From positions 1 through 24,149 of the IMG/VR virus record IMGVR_UViG_3300005512_004360: DNA of 24,149 bases; one strand, written 5' to 3'. A program made the translations under genes and the position numbers. Of the stretch, positions 15,736 through 23,899 are shown piece by piece; positions within the stretch are counted from its first letter, which is position 1, and each line of letters opens with the position of its first letter. The notes beneath the pieces were generated by a model that saw only the letters and a program-made list of their open reading frames with translations, was not told the origin of the DNA and made no database searches. This DNA is from a virus (Duplodnaviria; Caudoviricetes).

Positions 15736-15810
15736 GGCGTGTGGGTCAGTCAATGCACCCGCACCCTGACACCCCGCGCCGCAGTCACGCCGCCACTCCC
15801 GCTAGAGCCA

Positions 15811-16089
15811 CTACTTCGCTCCCCTCAGTCCCTCCTGCTTCACCCGCCACACCGCCAAAAGATCCACCACCAAGTGGCTGTTAGACCGGTGCGGTTGCCG
15901 TTTGTAAGCCGGAACCAGCCCCGCCGCGATCAAATCATAAATCACCTGCCGGTCGCAATCATCGAGTATCGCGCACGCCTTCCGCACCGACCCCCTACGC
16001 GGCAGCCGCTTCCCCTCCGCCGTCACCAAATGATTCCCCTCCGCCCAATCGAAGAGCGGCAGATTCTCAGTCGTGCATGGCTGGCTCAC
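15811..16089 (-). CDS. Xis/MerR-like HTH protein, candidate late-gene regulator
   Basis: SVRKACAILDDCDRQVIYDLIAAGLVPA matches the excisionase-type HTH pattern; immediately upstream of the late operon. Confidence 0.65.
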   Translation of the reverse strand: MSQPCTTENLPLFDWAEGNHLVTAEGKRLPRRGSVRKACAILDDCDRQVIYDLIAAGLVPAYKRQPHRSNSHLVVDLLAVWRVKQEGLRGAK

Positions 16090-16117
16090 GCCCCCACTCT
16101 ACCACACCCCCGCCCCC

Positions 16118-16185
16118 CTCAAGGAGCGCGGGCGTCCCGCCCGTTCTTCCTTCCCCCTCTCAAGGAGCGCGGGCGTCCCGCCCGT
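16118..16185 (+). repeat. REP-like 27-mer, copies 3 and 4 (direct tandem, 16118-16144 and 16159-16185)
   Basis: Two identical copies 14 nt apart in an intergenic region. Confidence 0.9.
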
Positions 16186-16225
16186 TCCCCGTCACTCCAC
16201 CACCATCACCACCACGATCAGCGCT

Positions 16226-16738
16226 TCACTCGCCGAGTCGAGCGCGGATCGCCTCATGCCGCGTCCGCTCCGCCTGTTCACTCACTGCAAGAACGTCCCG
16301 GATCTTCGATGCTTGTCCCAGCAACCTCGTCATCCGATCCTCCACTGCGCTCGACATATCAAGCTCCGCGATGCGCTCTATCGTTTGTGCCTCCCACTCG
16401 ATCCACTCGTCGAAAAGCTGCTGCCACGGTTCAGGTTCATAGTCCGCAGCATCCAAGGCGCTCAGCGCGGTTCCTCGTTCCCTGAATTCCGCCGTCTTCT
16501 GCTGGATCTCTTCGATCAATTCCAGCGCCTCCGTTTGTTCACGATCGCGGTCCACGATCTTTTCCAACTCGCCCAACACCATGCGGGTCCGCTCCATGTC
16601 CGCCTCAGTGGCCCCGGCTGCCGCTTCCTGTCCCACTGTCTCTCCATCCGGCCACTCCGGGACATCGCTCTTCTTCTCGCACCCCGCCAGCAGCACCGCT
16701 CCAACCATCACGCTAATCCATTGCTTCGTCTTCATCAT
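16226..16738 (-). CDS. Lipoprotein downstream of the repressor
   Basis: Signal peptide II MMKTKQWISVMVGAVLLAG-C; acidic helical body; 13 nt after the repressor stop. Confidence 0.8.
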   Translation of the reverse strand: MMKTKQWISVMVGAVLLAGCEKKSDVPEWPDGETVGQEAAAGATEADMERTRMVLGELEKIVDRDREQTEALELIEEIQQKTAEFRERGTALSALDAADYEPEPWQQLFDEWIEWEAQTIERIAELDMSSAVEDRMTRLLGQASKIRDVLAVSEQAERTRHEAIRARLGE

Positions 16739-16751
16739 TCCATCGGTTCTG

Positions 16752-17387
16752 TCATCCCTTCCACACTTGCCGCCAACACCCCCACACGGGATAGGCCCAT
16801 GAAATCTCCGCGTCCGTGAAATCTTCGCGGGAATACTGGCTATTCAGCGGCACCAACACATACCGCTCGCCACGGATCTCCAGCCGACGAAACAACACTC
16901 CGCCGCTTGCCAACCGGACCACGGCAAGCGTCCCACTGTAAACCTCGCGGCTCGGCATCAAAACCAACAGGTCGCCCTCTTCAAATCGCGGCATCATCGA
17001 GTCACCCTCTAGTCTTACCGCAAACGCCCGCGCGTCACGGCACTCGGTTGGAATTCGGTCATCAGGATCGTCAGGAAGCTCCTCGTATTCCGTCGCCTCG
17101 CCCGCGTGCGCCCAGCCGATCACCGGAATCTTTCTCACGACCTGCCCCGGCTGGTAGGGCAGGGGATCTTCCATCAAGCGCGTCGGTGGCTGCGGCGAGT
17201 CGCCGCGCTCAACCATTTGGAAGAGCAGCCCCAGAGAACTTTCTAGGGCAACGATTTTCTCCCCTCGCTCAATCATGCCTACATATTTCCCGGTGATGCC
17301 CAAACGGTCACCCATCTCGCTCTGAGTAAGTCCACGGAGTTCCCGTAGCTTGCTGAATCTGGCGGCATCAATTTCGGACAAGGGCAA
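16752..17387 (-). CDS. CI-like repressor (XRE HTH plus S24 peptidase-like domain)
   Basis: LRELRGLTQSEMGDRLGITGKYVGMIERG; IPVIGWAHAG; AFAVRLEGDSMMP; LVPLNSQY. TTG start is uncertain. Confidence 0.92.
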   Translation of the reverse strand: MPLSEIDAARFSKLRELRGLTQSEMGDRLGITGKYVGMIERGEKIVALESSLGLLFQMVERGDSPQPPTRLMEDPLPYQPGQVVRKIPVIGWAHAGEATEYEELPDDPDDRIPTECRDARAFAVRLEGDSMMPRFEEGDLLVLMPSREVYSGTLAVVRLASGGVLFRRLEIRGERYVLVPLNSQYSREDFTDAEISWAYPVWGCWRQVWKG

Positions 17388-17395
17388 CTTTTTGG

Positions 17396-17432
17396 TTGTT
17401 ATGTTTTCGGATGTCCACTAAGTTTCCATCCG
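17396..17432 (+). promoter_or_regulatory. Candidate early promoter TTGTTA-N17-TAAGTT overlapped by inverted repeat CGGATG-N13-CATCCG (candidate operator)
   Basis: -35 at 17396-17401, -10 at 17419-17424; repeat arms at 17408-17413 and 17427-17432; opposite-strand TTGACG at 17436-17431; AT-richer divergent gap. Confidence 0.5.
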
Positions 17433-17455
17433 TCAACCCCGACAACGCTACCCAA

Positions 17456-17719
17456 ATGCCCAAAAAGCACAAGCAGTTTCCCCACTGGGCCAAGAAGCGC
17501 CTCATCGACCTCGGTCTCCAGGTCACTGAGTTGGCGTCTGAGATCGGATACCCTCGCCAGACCACCTCCGCCGCCCTGAACGGATCCACCCGCTTTCCCC
17601 ACGTCACAGCAGCAATCGCACAAGCCCTTCACCATGACCCCAAAACAGATGGCCCTCTCCCGGCTCGCCCGGCTCGCCCTGAACGCCGCATCCGATTCGA
17701 CGCCGTCGCAACGCGCTGA
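17456..17719 (+). CDS. Ner/Cro-like HTH regulator
   Basis: KKRLIDLGLQVTELASEIGYPRQTTSAALNG; divergent from the repressor; C-terminal tail overlaps the next ORF. Confidence 0.75.
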   Translation: MPKKHKQFPHWAKKRLIDLGLQVTELASEIGYPRQTTSAALNGSTRFPHVTAAIAQALHHDPKTDGPLPARPARPERRIRFDAVATR

Positions 17720-17858
17720 TGTCTGCCAACTCGTGGGCATTGCTCTCTCCGACGATTGCCCGGACCTCGCCACCGCAGCCGTGAAAGCCGCCTCCAAGTT
17801 CCACGCCGCCACCGAAGCCGAAGAAGACCTCATCTCCCTTCTACAATCCAACGCCTAA
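17634..17858 (+). CDS. Hypothetical early protein
   Basis: 74 aa; codon usage matches its neighbours. Confidence 0.55.
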   Translation: MTPKQMALSRLARLALNAASDSTPSQRADVCQLVGIALSDDCPDLATAAVKAASKFHAATEAEEDLISLLQSNA

Positions 17859-17871
17859 CCCACCAACCACC

Positions 17872-18144
17872 ATGTCCACCACCAAGCTCCGCGCCGCCGG
17901 CCTCACCTCCCTCAACCAGGTCGCCGCCCTCCATTTCCTCCACCGCGCCCCCGCCGCCATGGGAGTCCTCGCCGAGCACCTCGGCATCACCACCGCCGCC
18001 ATCACCGGCATCGCCGACGCCATGGAATCCCTCGGCCTCCTCACCCGCATCCGCAGCACCCGCGACCGCCGCATCATCCGCCTCACCCTCACCGAGGCCG
18101 GCCACCAACTCGCCAAAGACACCCCCGCCCATGCCCACCACTGA
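17872..18144 (+). CDS. MarR-like winged-helix protein
   Basis: MGVLAEHLGITTAAITGIADAMESLGLLTR...DRRIIRLTLTEAG. Confidence 0.85.
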   Translation: MSTTKLRAAGLTSLNQVAALHFLHRAPAAMGVLAEHLGITTAAITGIADAMESLGLLTRIRSTRDRRIIRLTLTEAGHQLAKDTPAHAHH

Positions 18145-18403
18145 GGACATTCCGGACGACGACGCCCTCGCCGAACTCCTGGCCGATCGCCTGATCGACC
18201 GGCTCAGTCACGACCCCGGCGATGACCACCTGCGTCACCGCCTCCTCATCGCCGCCGGCCTGCCCTCCACACCACCGCCGCCCTTCCTCTCCCACGACCG
18301 CCTCGCCACCCGCCTCTCACTCTCACCCACCCACATCCGCCGCATCGAATCCCGCGCCCTCCTCCGCCTCCGCACCGCACTCCAAACATCACCCGACCGA
18401 TGA
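18131..18403 (+). CDS. Sigma-70 region 4-like HTH protein
   Basis: 90 aa from ATG 18131; LSHDRLATRLSLSPTHIRRIESRALLRLR. Confidence 0.7.
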   Translation: MPTTEDIPDDDALAELLADRLIDRLSHDPGDDHLRHRLLIAAGLPSTPPPPFLSHDRLATRLSLSPTHIRRIESRALLRLRTALQTSPDR

Positions 18404-18648
18404 ACGCCACCAAGCCAGCACCGCCCACCCAATGCGACCTCATCCTCGCCGAGCTGCGCCGGTGCGAAGGCCAGTGGGTCTCCATGATCATCCTCCACCA
18501 AGTCTCCGGATCCATGGCCGTCCACTCCCGCATCGCCGAACTCCGCGGCCACGGCCACACCATCGAGCAACACTCCAAGCGCGTCGGCCGCATCCAGCAT
18601 TCCTCCTACCGCCTCATCCCCGGCGAAACCCAACCCCTCATGCTCTAA
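18400..18648 (+). CDS. Small winged-helix DNA-binding protein
   Basis: QCDLILAEL...AVHSRIAELRGHGHTIE...YRL; ATGA overlap. Confidence 0.7.
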   Translation: MNATKPAPPTQCDLILAELRRCEGQWVSMIILHQVSGSMAVHSRIAELRGHGHTIEQHSKRVGRIQHSSYRLIPGETQPLML

Positions 18649-18649
18649 C

Positions 18650-18672
18650 GGAGCGCCGATTTTCAAATCGGC
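18650..18672 (+). repeat. GGAGC plus hairpin (REP-like variant)
   Basis: GGAGC GCCGATT TTCA AATCGGC directly after a stop codon. Confidence 0.65.
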
Positions 18673-18708
18673 ATCATTCCCCAACCGCAAACCACCACCA
18701 CCACCTCC

Positions 18709-18918
18709 ATGCCCCACCTCATCATCGCCACCCTCGCCACCGCCGCAAAGGACACCGACACCTTCAGCATCGGCGTCTTCCTCGCCGCCGCCTTCCTCTG
18801 CTCCCTGATCGGCTACGCATTCCGAGCGACCCTCGAACGCCCCAAAATCCGCCAAGCATTTCTCGACGGCAAAAACATCGGAGCCCGCGAAACCGAAGAC
18901 CGATTCACCACCCACTGA
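18709..18918 (+). CDS. Small membrane protein
   Basis: 69 aa; TM segment FSIGVFLAAAFLCSLIGYAF. Confidence 0.6.
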   Translation: MPHLIIATLATAAKDTDTFSIGVFLAAAFLCSLIGYAFRATLERPKIRQAFLDGKNIGARETEDRFTTH

Positions 18919-18957
18919 TCACTGATCACTCGGCACTCAGCACTCCTCACCATTCCC
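18913..18957 (+). repeat. CACT-heptamer repeat spanning stop to start
   Basis: CACTGAT CACTGAT CACTCGG CACTCAG CACTCCT CAC CATTCCC ATG. Confidence 0.8.
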
Positions 18958-19245
18958 ATGAACCACATCGTCCCCGAAATCATCGACGAACAGCGCGTCG
19001 CCGAACTCCTCGCCCACGCCGGCGACATCATCGAGCCTCGCCAGTCCGACCCCGCTGCGGCGATCCACATCCACGGCTACGAGATGGCCATGCAAACCCA
19101 CGACCTCCTCCAAGAAGTCTTCATGGGCCTCTGCACGCGAGCCCTCGGGAACACCGCCAAAGCCGCCCGCGTCGTCCGCACCCGCGACTACCAATCCCAG
19201 CTCGCCGCCCACCACCTCGACATGCTCGACCGCACCCCCGCCTGA
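18958..19245 (+). CDS. Hypothetical early protein
   Basis: 95 aa; operon-consistent codon usage. Confidence 0.6.
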   Translation: MNHIVPEIIDEQRVAELLAHAGDIIEPRQSDPAAAIHIHGYEMAMQTHDLLQEVFMGLCTRALGNTAKAARVVRTRDYQSQLAAHHLDMLDRTPA

Positions 19246-19272
19246 TCACTCACCACTTTCCACTTCCTACCC

Positions 19273-20019
19273 ATGCCAGACTTCACCAACTCCCCGCTCA
19301 AAAAAGCCGCCGACCGCGCCTCCGCCAAGACCATCGACGGCAAGGCCGAGATCGTCACCACCGCGCAGACCCTCGACGCCGTCGCCCGCACCCTCGAATC
19401 CGAGCGCGACCAAGTCATCCAGCACGAGGACGCCTTCAAGGACGCCACCCTCCCGCGCTACCTCCGCATGGGCCTCGCATGCCTCCAGGCCCAGCAGGTT
19501 TTCACCGCTGCCACCCCGAATCCAACCGGACGGAACCAGCACTCGAAAGAGGTTGTGTCCACCGTGGACACAACCTCCACGGAAGATCCGAAAACCTTCG
19601 CCGACTGGATCGAGCGCGCCGTCCCCTGGCTCAAGCGTCCCACCGCTTACCGCTACGCCGATGCCGCCCGGGGCCTCGGCCTCGATCACGGCTCCGAGCA
19701 GAAGCAGGTCGACGCCCTCCTCAAGAAACTCCGCGCCGAGCACGCCCGCAAGAACCTGCCCAAGCCCTCCCTTGCCCTCCTCGTCCACAAGGCCCGCGAA
19801 GGCGAGCCCGACCCGGACGAAGAGACCGACGCCCCCGATCCAACACCCGAACAACGCGCCGGTGAGGCCCGCGTCCAGATCCACGAATTCCAGGAGAGCT
19901 GGCAAAAGTTCATCCGCACCGGCGACCTCGACCACCTCACCGCCGACGACCTCAAGCCCCTCGCCACCTTCCTGGAAGACGAACTCGACCGCATCAAGAA
20001 GCTCATCAAGTCCGCCTGA
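19273..20019 (+). CDS. DUF3102-like protein upstream of the transposase
   Basis: LRMGLACL...FADWIE...LKRPTAYRY pattern and position before MuA, as in many Mu-like phages. Confidence 0.6.
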   Translation: MPDFTNSPLKKAADRASAKTIDGKAEIVTTAQTLDAVARTLESERDQVIQHEDAFKDATLPRYLRMGLACLQAQQVFTAATPNPTGRNQHSKEVVSTVDTTSTEDPKTFADWIERAVPWLKRPTAYRYADAARGLGLDHGSEQKQVDALLKKLRAEHARKNLPKPSLALLVHKAREGEPDPDEETDAPDPTPEQRAGEARVQIHEFQESWQKFIRTGDLDHLTADDLKPLATFLEDELDRIKKLIKSA

Positions 20020-20025
20020 CCCGAA

Positions 20026-20047
20026 GGAGCGCGCGACGCCGTCGCGC
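20026..20047 (+). repeat. GGAGC plus hairpin (REP-like variant)
   Basis: GGAGC GCGCGAC GCC GTCGCGC, 6 nt after a stop codon. Confidence 0.65.
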
Positions 20048-20061
20048 CCCGCAACCCCGGC

Positions 20062-20096
20062 CATTCACCATTCACTCCTCACCATTCACCATTCCC
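20062..20096 (+). repeat. CATTCAC heptamer repeat x5 abutting the transposase ATG
   Basis: CATTCAC CATTCAC TCCTCAC CATTCAC CATTCCC ATG. Confidence 0.8.
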
Positions 20097-22232
20097 ATGC
20101 TCACCATCACCACCCCGGACATGACATCCGACCGCTGGATCGCCATCCCACGCGACCATCGCAACGAGATCCGCGTCATGCTCGACAAGTTTGCCCAGGC
20201 CCCGTCCCGCGGCATCACCGGGTGGTTCAAGCGCACCTCCGCCGATCTCGGCATCTCCTACTCATCGCTCCGCGACAAGTACTACGCCCTCCGGGATTCC
20301 GGCGGGGATTGGACCGTCCTCATCGACGAACGCCGCATCGCCGCCGCATCACGCAGCCGCACAAGGAGTCCTCGATTCATCCACTACCTCCTCAAACTCG
20401 TCACCGAGAACAAGCGCAAGAGCCGCCCCGCCTTCAAAGAACTCCGCCGCCTCTGGCGCATCCGGGATCAAGTCATCCCCGGATACGAAGACTGGCCCGA
20501 CTGGCCACGCCTCCCCGAAGGATGGAGCGACCGCAACCTTGCCGACATCGTCGCCCGCGAACTCCCCAAGGCCGTCCGCCAATCCATCCGCGTCGGCACC
20601 TCATCCAAGACCAACCAATATCTCCCCACCGTCCTCACCAGCCGCGTCGACCTCTGGCCCGGTGCCGTCATTCAGCTCGACGACCAATGGCATGACAACT
20701 GGGTCACCATCGGCACCGGCAAGCGCCAACAACTCTGCCGCGTCCTCGAACTCGGCGCGCTCGATCTCTTCTCCGGCCACCGCTTCGAATGGGGAGCCAA
20801 GCCCCGCCGCCGCCGGGACGATGGCACCACCGAGAACATCAATGGCCGCGATGCCCGACTCTTCCTCGCCGCCATCGCCCACCGCCACGGCTTCGCACCG
20901 CGCGGATCCACGCTCATGGTCGAGCACGAAACCATGTCCGTCTCCGAGGACATCGAGCGCGTCCTCTACGATGCCTCGGGCGGATGGTTCCGCGTCGACC
21001 GCCAGCCCATCGAAGGCAAACAGGCTGCCCTAACAGGTTTCTGGAACGGCACCGAAGGCGGAAACTTCCGCGCCAAGGCATGCCTCGAATCCATCCACAA
21101 CCTCATCCGCAACGACCTCGGCCGCCTGCCCATGCAGACCGGCTCATTCTCCTCCGGCATCAAAGGACCCGTCACCACCGACCGACAGGTCAAATACGTC
21201 GAGCGCATCATGCGCGACGTCCTGAAGAACGTCCCGCACCGCGCCCACCTGCTCCAGCTTCCCACCATCGACTTCTACACCCAGTTCGAGCCCTTCCTGC
21301 GCGACTACTATCACTTCGGCCTCGCCCTCCGCACCGACCACGCCATGGAAGGCTGGAAAGAACTCGGCCACGAGGTCATCGAATACACCACCGCTCCAGG
21401 CTCCGACCACTTCCTCGACCAAGACGCCTTCCTCGAACTCGCCGAGACCACCCGCGCCATCATCACCGCCGAGGCCCGGCGCGAGCCCGCCAAGTGGCAG
21501 CGCCGCCGCTACCTCTCACCCCTCGAAGTCTGGAACCGCCGCCAGCCATTCACACCACTCGGCGCACCCGTCATCTGCGAGATACTCACCCGCGACCTCG
21601 CCCGCGAAGTCAGCTCCGCACGCGGCTACCTCACCTTCCGGGACGACGAATTCGCGCCCGACGGCCTCGTCTATGAATCCCGATTCATCTCCGGCCCTCG
21701 CAAAGGTCGCGAAATCCATCACGGAGAAAAGGTCCTCATGTTCGCGAACCCCTTCGACGATACTACGGCAATCGCCGTAGATGCCCAGGAACGCTTCCTC
21801 GGCGAGCTGCCACTTTACAAACGCATCATCCCCATCGAGCCCGACGCCTTCGGATCGACCGCCCCCTTCGACAGCCGCCCGGACATCCGCAGCCAGGCGC
21901 TCAAAGAAGCCGCCGGCCACAAGCACCACCGCATCGCCGACATCCTCGAACCCGCCCGCATCACCCATGCAGGCAGCGTGCAAGCAGCCCGCGACCTCCG
22001 CGAGCACAACGCCGACATCCTCGACCCCAATCACCCCGTCACCCCCGGGGAAATCGCCGCCCACGCCCAAGCGCGCGGAGCCAAGGCCGCCGCCACCCGC
22101 GTCTCCAACCGCGCCGCCGCCACCGCCGCCCGCCAGGACACCGATGGCGTCCTGGATGCGTGGTCCGATCCATCCACCGAAACCGCCGAAACCGAAAGCA
22201 CCGAACTCCCCGAAGACAACCCCTTCATCTAA
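20097..22232 (+). CDS. MuA-like DDE transposase
   Basis: 711 aa; N-terminal HTH (ADLGISYSSLRDKYY); core IQLDDQWHD...ALDLFSG...LMVEHE...GNFRAKACLESIHN; SPLEVW; followed by a MuB-like ATPase. Confidence 0.85.
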   Translation: MLTITTPDMTSDRWIAIPRDHRNEIRVMLDKFAQAPSRGITGWFKRTSADLGISYSSLRDKYYALRDSGGDWTVLIDERRIAAASRSRTRSPRFIHYLLKLVTENKRKSRPAFKELRRLWRIRDQVIPGYEDWPDWPRLPEGWSDRNLADIVARELPKAVRQSIRVGTSSKTNQYLPTVLTSRVDLWPGAVIQLDDQWHDNWVTIGTGKRQQLCRVLELGALDLFSGHRFEWGAKPRRRRDDGTTENINGRDARLFLAAIAHRHGFAPRGSTLMVEHETMSVSEDIERVLYDASGGWFRVDRQPIEGKQAALTGFWNGTEGGNFRAKACLESIHNLIRNDLGRLPMQTGSFSSGIKGPVTTDRQVKYVERIMRDVLKNVPHRAHLLQLPTIDFYTQFEPFLRDYYHFGLALRTDHAMEGWKELGHEVIEYTTAPGSDHFLDQDAFLELAETTRAIITAEARREPAKWQRRRYLSPLEVWNRRQPFTPLGAPVICEILTRDLAREVSSARGYLTFRDDEFAPDGLVYESRFISGPRKGREIHHGEKVLMFANPFDDTTAIAVDAQERFLGELPLYKRIIPIEPDAFGSTAPFDSRPDIRSQALKEAAGHKHHRIADILEPARITHAGSVQAARDLREHNADILDPNHPVTPGEIAAHAQARGAKAAATRVSNRAAATAARQDTDGVLDAWSDPSTETAETESTELPEDNPFI

Positions 22233-22237
22233 CCACC

Positions 22238-23293
22238 ATGCATCCGAGCAATACCACCAACCGCCACAAAAAAGGCACCAAAAGCTGGCGCATCGACCGC
22301 GCCGCCGTCACCGCCTGGACCGCCACCCTCAGCGACGACGAACGTGCCGTCATCCTCTGGCTCTTCGACTACGCCGCCTCGCGGGACCTCTCCACTGAGT
22401 CTCTCGGCAAGGCACTCAAGCAAGAAAGCGGCAAGCCCTACTCCGCCGACTCCGTCTATCAGGTCATGACCGGCCGGCGGGATCCCGGCCAGCTCGCCAA
22501 CTTCCTCGCAGCAGCAGCCGACCTCCAGCGCATCGAGCGCGAGCGCGAGAAGATCACCCGCATCGGATTCGTCGAAACCAACCTCACTCGCAAGATATTC
22601 CAGATTGCGGACGCGACCCGGAACTTCGGCAAGATCGGCATCATCACCGGCGAGAGCCACACCGGGAAAACCACCGCGCTCCTCGAATACCGCGCCCGGA
22701 ACAACCACGGTGCCACCCATTACATCCGCATGTGCTCCGGCGGTGCCAAGAGCACCTTCATGCGCCGCTTCGCCGCCATGCTCAACATCGCCACCCGTGG
22801 CAACGACTACGTCATCGGCGACCGCATCTTCGACTGCTTCGACCAGCGCATGCTCCTAATCGTCGATGAAGTCCACCAGTGCCTCATGCGCAAGACCGGC
22901 GTCCACACCCTCGAATGGTTGCGTGAACTCCACGACGTCAGCGGTTGCGGCATCCTGCTCTCCGCCACGCCCGTCTTCGAGAAAGCGTTCACCTCCGCCG
23001 ATACCGCCGGCATCCTCCGCCAGATCGGCATGCGCAAACTCATCCATGCCACCCTTCCGGCCCGGCCCACTGCCGCCAACCTCGCCGACTTCGCCCGCCA
23101 CTTCGGCCTCCCTCCCGCCACCGGCGAAGCGCTCGATCTCCAGAAAGCCGTCATCGGCGAGGACTCCCTCGGCCGCTGGGTCTCCATCCTCGAAGGAGCC
23201 AGCCGCGTCGCCGCCAAACAGCAGCAGCCCCTCGACTGGAACCACGTCCTCAAATCCCACTCCGCGCTTGTCGCGCTCGAAGACCCAAAATGA
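22238..23293 (+). CDS. MuB-like AAA+ transposition ATPase
   Basis: 351 aa from ATG 22238; Walker A GESHTGKT, Walker B LLIVDE, LEWLRELHD. Confidence 0.9.
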   Translation: MHPSNTTNRHKKGTKSWRIDRAAVTAWTATLSDDERAVILWLFDYAASRDLSTESLGKALKQESGKPYSADSVYQVMTGRRDPGQLANFLAAAADLQRIEREREKITRIGFVETNLTRKIFQIADATRNFGKIGIITGESHTGKTTALLEYRARNNHGATHYIRMCSGGAKSTFMRRFAAMLNIATRGNDYVIGDRIFDCFDQRMLLIVDEVHQCLMRKTGVHTLEWLRELHDVSGCGILLSATPVFEKAFTSADTAGILRQIGMRKLIHATLPARPTAANLADFARHFGLPPATGEALDLQKAVIGEDSLGRWVSILEGASRVAAKQQQPLDWNHVLKSHSALVALEDPK

Positions 23294-23508
23294 CCCCCGA
23301 CCAGAAAACCATCCTCCAAGCCTGGGAATCCGGCGTCCTCGCCGGCGGAGCCCTCGCCGATGCCGTCAATGCCCTCGGCCAAGCCGATTCCCGCGACGCC
23401 CGCTCAAACGCCCTCGGCCTCCTCGACGAAGCTCGCCGCCGCCACAACACCGCCAACTCCCTCATCACCACCATCACCGACAAGCTCTCCGCCTCCCTCC
23501 AGATGTAG
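23290..23508 (+). CDS. Hypothetical 72-aa protein
   Basis: ATGA overlap with the MuB-like stop. Confidence 0.55.
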   Translation: MTPDQKTILQAWESGVLAGGALADAVNALGQADSRDARSNALGLLDEARRRHNTANSLITTITDKLSASLQM

Positions 23509-23519
23509 CCACCCAATAA

Positions 23520-23541
23520 GGAGCGCGGCTTTCCAAGCCGC
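23520..23541 (+). repeat. GGAGC plus hairpin (REP-like variant)
   Basis: GGAGC GCGGCTT TCC AAGCCGC shortly after a stop codon. Confidence 0.65.
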
Positions 23542-23566
23542 ATCAACCCAAGCCAATCAATCAGCC

Positions 23567-23899
23567 ATGATCACCACCACCAGCATCACCACCGCCGAAC
23601 GCGACCTTGCAAACCGCGTCATCACCCGCATCGCCCGCAGCGCCAACGTCACCCCCGCTCGCATCACCAGCCGCCACCGCGATCGCCGCACCGCCCGCGC
23701 CCGCCAACTCTGCATGGCGCTCCTGCGCACCGCGAGCGATCTAACCTTTGAGCAGATCGGCGAACTCTTCCACGGCCGCGACCACGGCACCGTCATCCAC
23801 GCCTGCCGCGTCGTCGCCGACCTCCGCCGCACCGACCTCGCCTACAACCGCTTCTTCACCTTCGTCCTAGCCGAACTCACCCGCACCACTGATCACTGA
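23567..23899 (+). CDS. Stand-alone DnaA C-terminal (domain IV) HTH protein
   Basis: 110 aa; ARARQLCMALLR...LTFEQIGELFHGRDHGTVIHAC. Confidence 0.85.
   Translation: MITTTSITTAERDLANRVITRIARSANVTPARITSRHRDRRTARARQLCMALLRTASDLTFEQIGELFHGRDHGTVIHACRVVADLRRTDLAYNRFFTFVLAELTRTTDH

Noticed and set aside
16118-16185. Mini CRISPR array from two 27-nt direct repeats
   Set aside because: The spacer is only 14 nt, other copies are dispersed and intragenic, and there are no cas genes.
18222-19865. 547-aa Pro/Arg/His-rich + strand ORF
   Set aside because: Off-frame product of the extreme C skew; it overlaps several coherent small genes in other frames.
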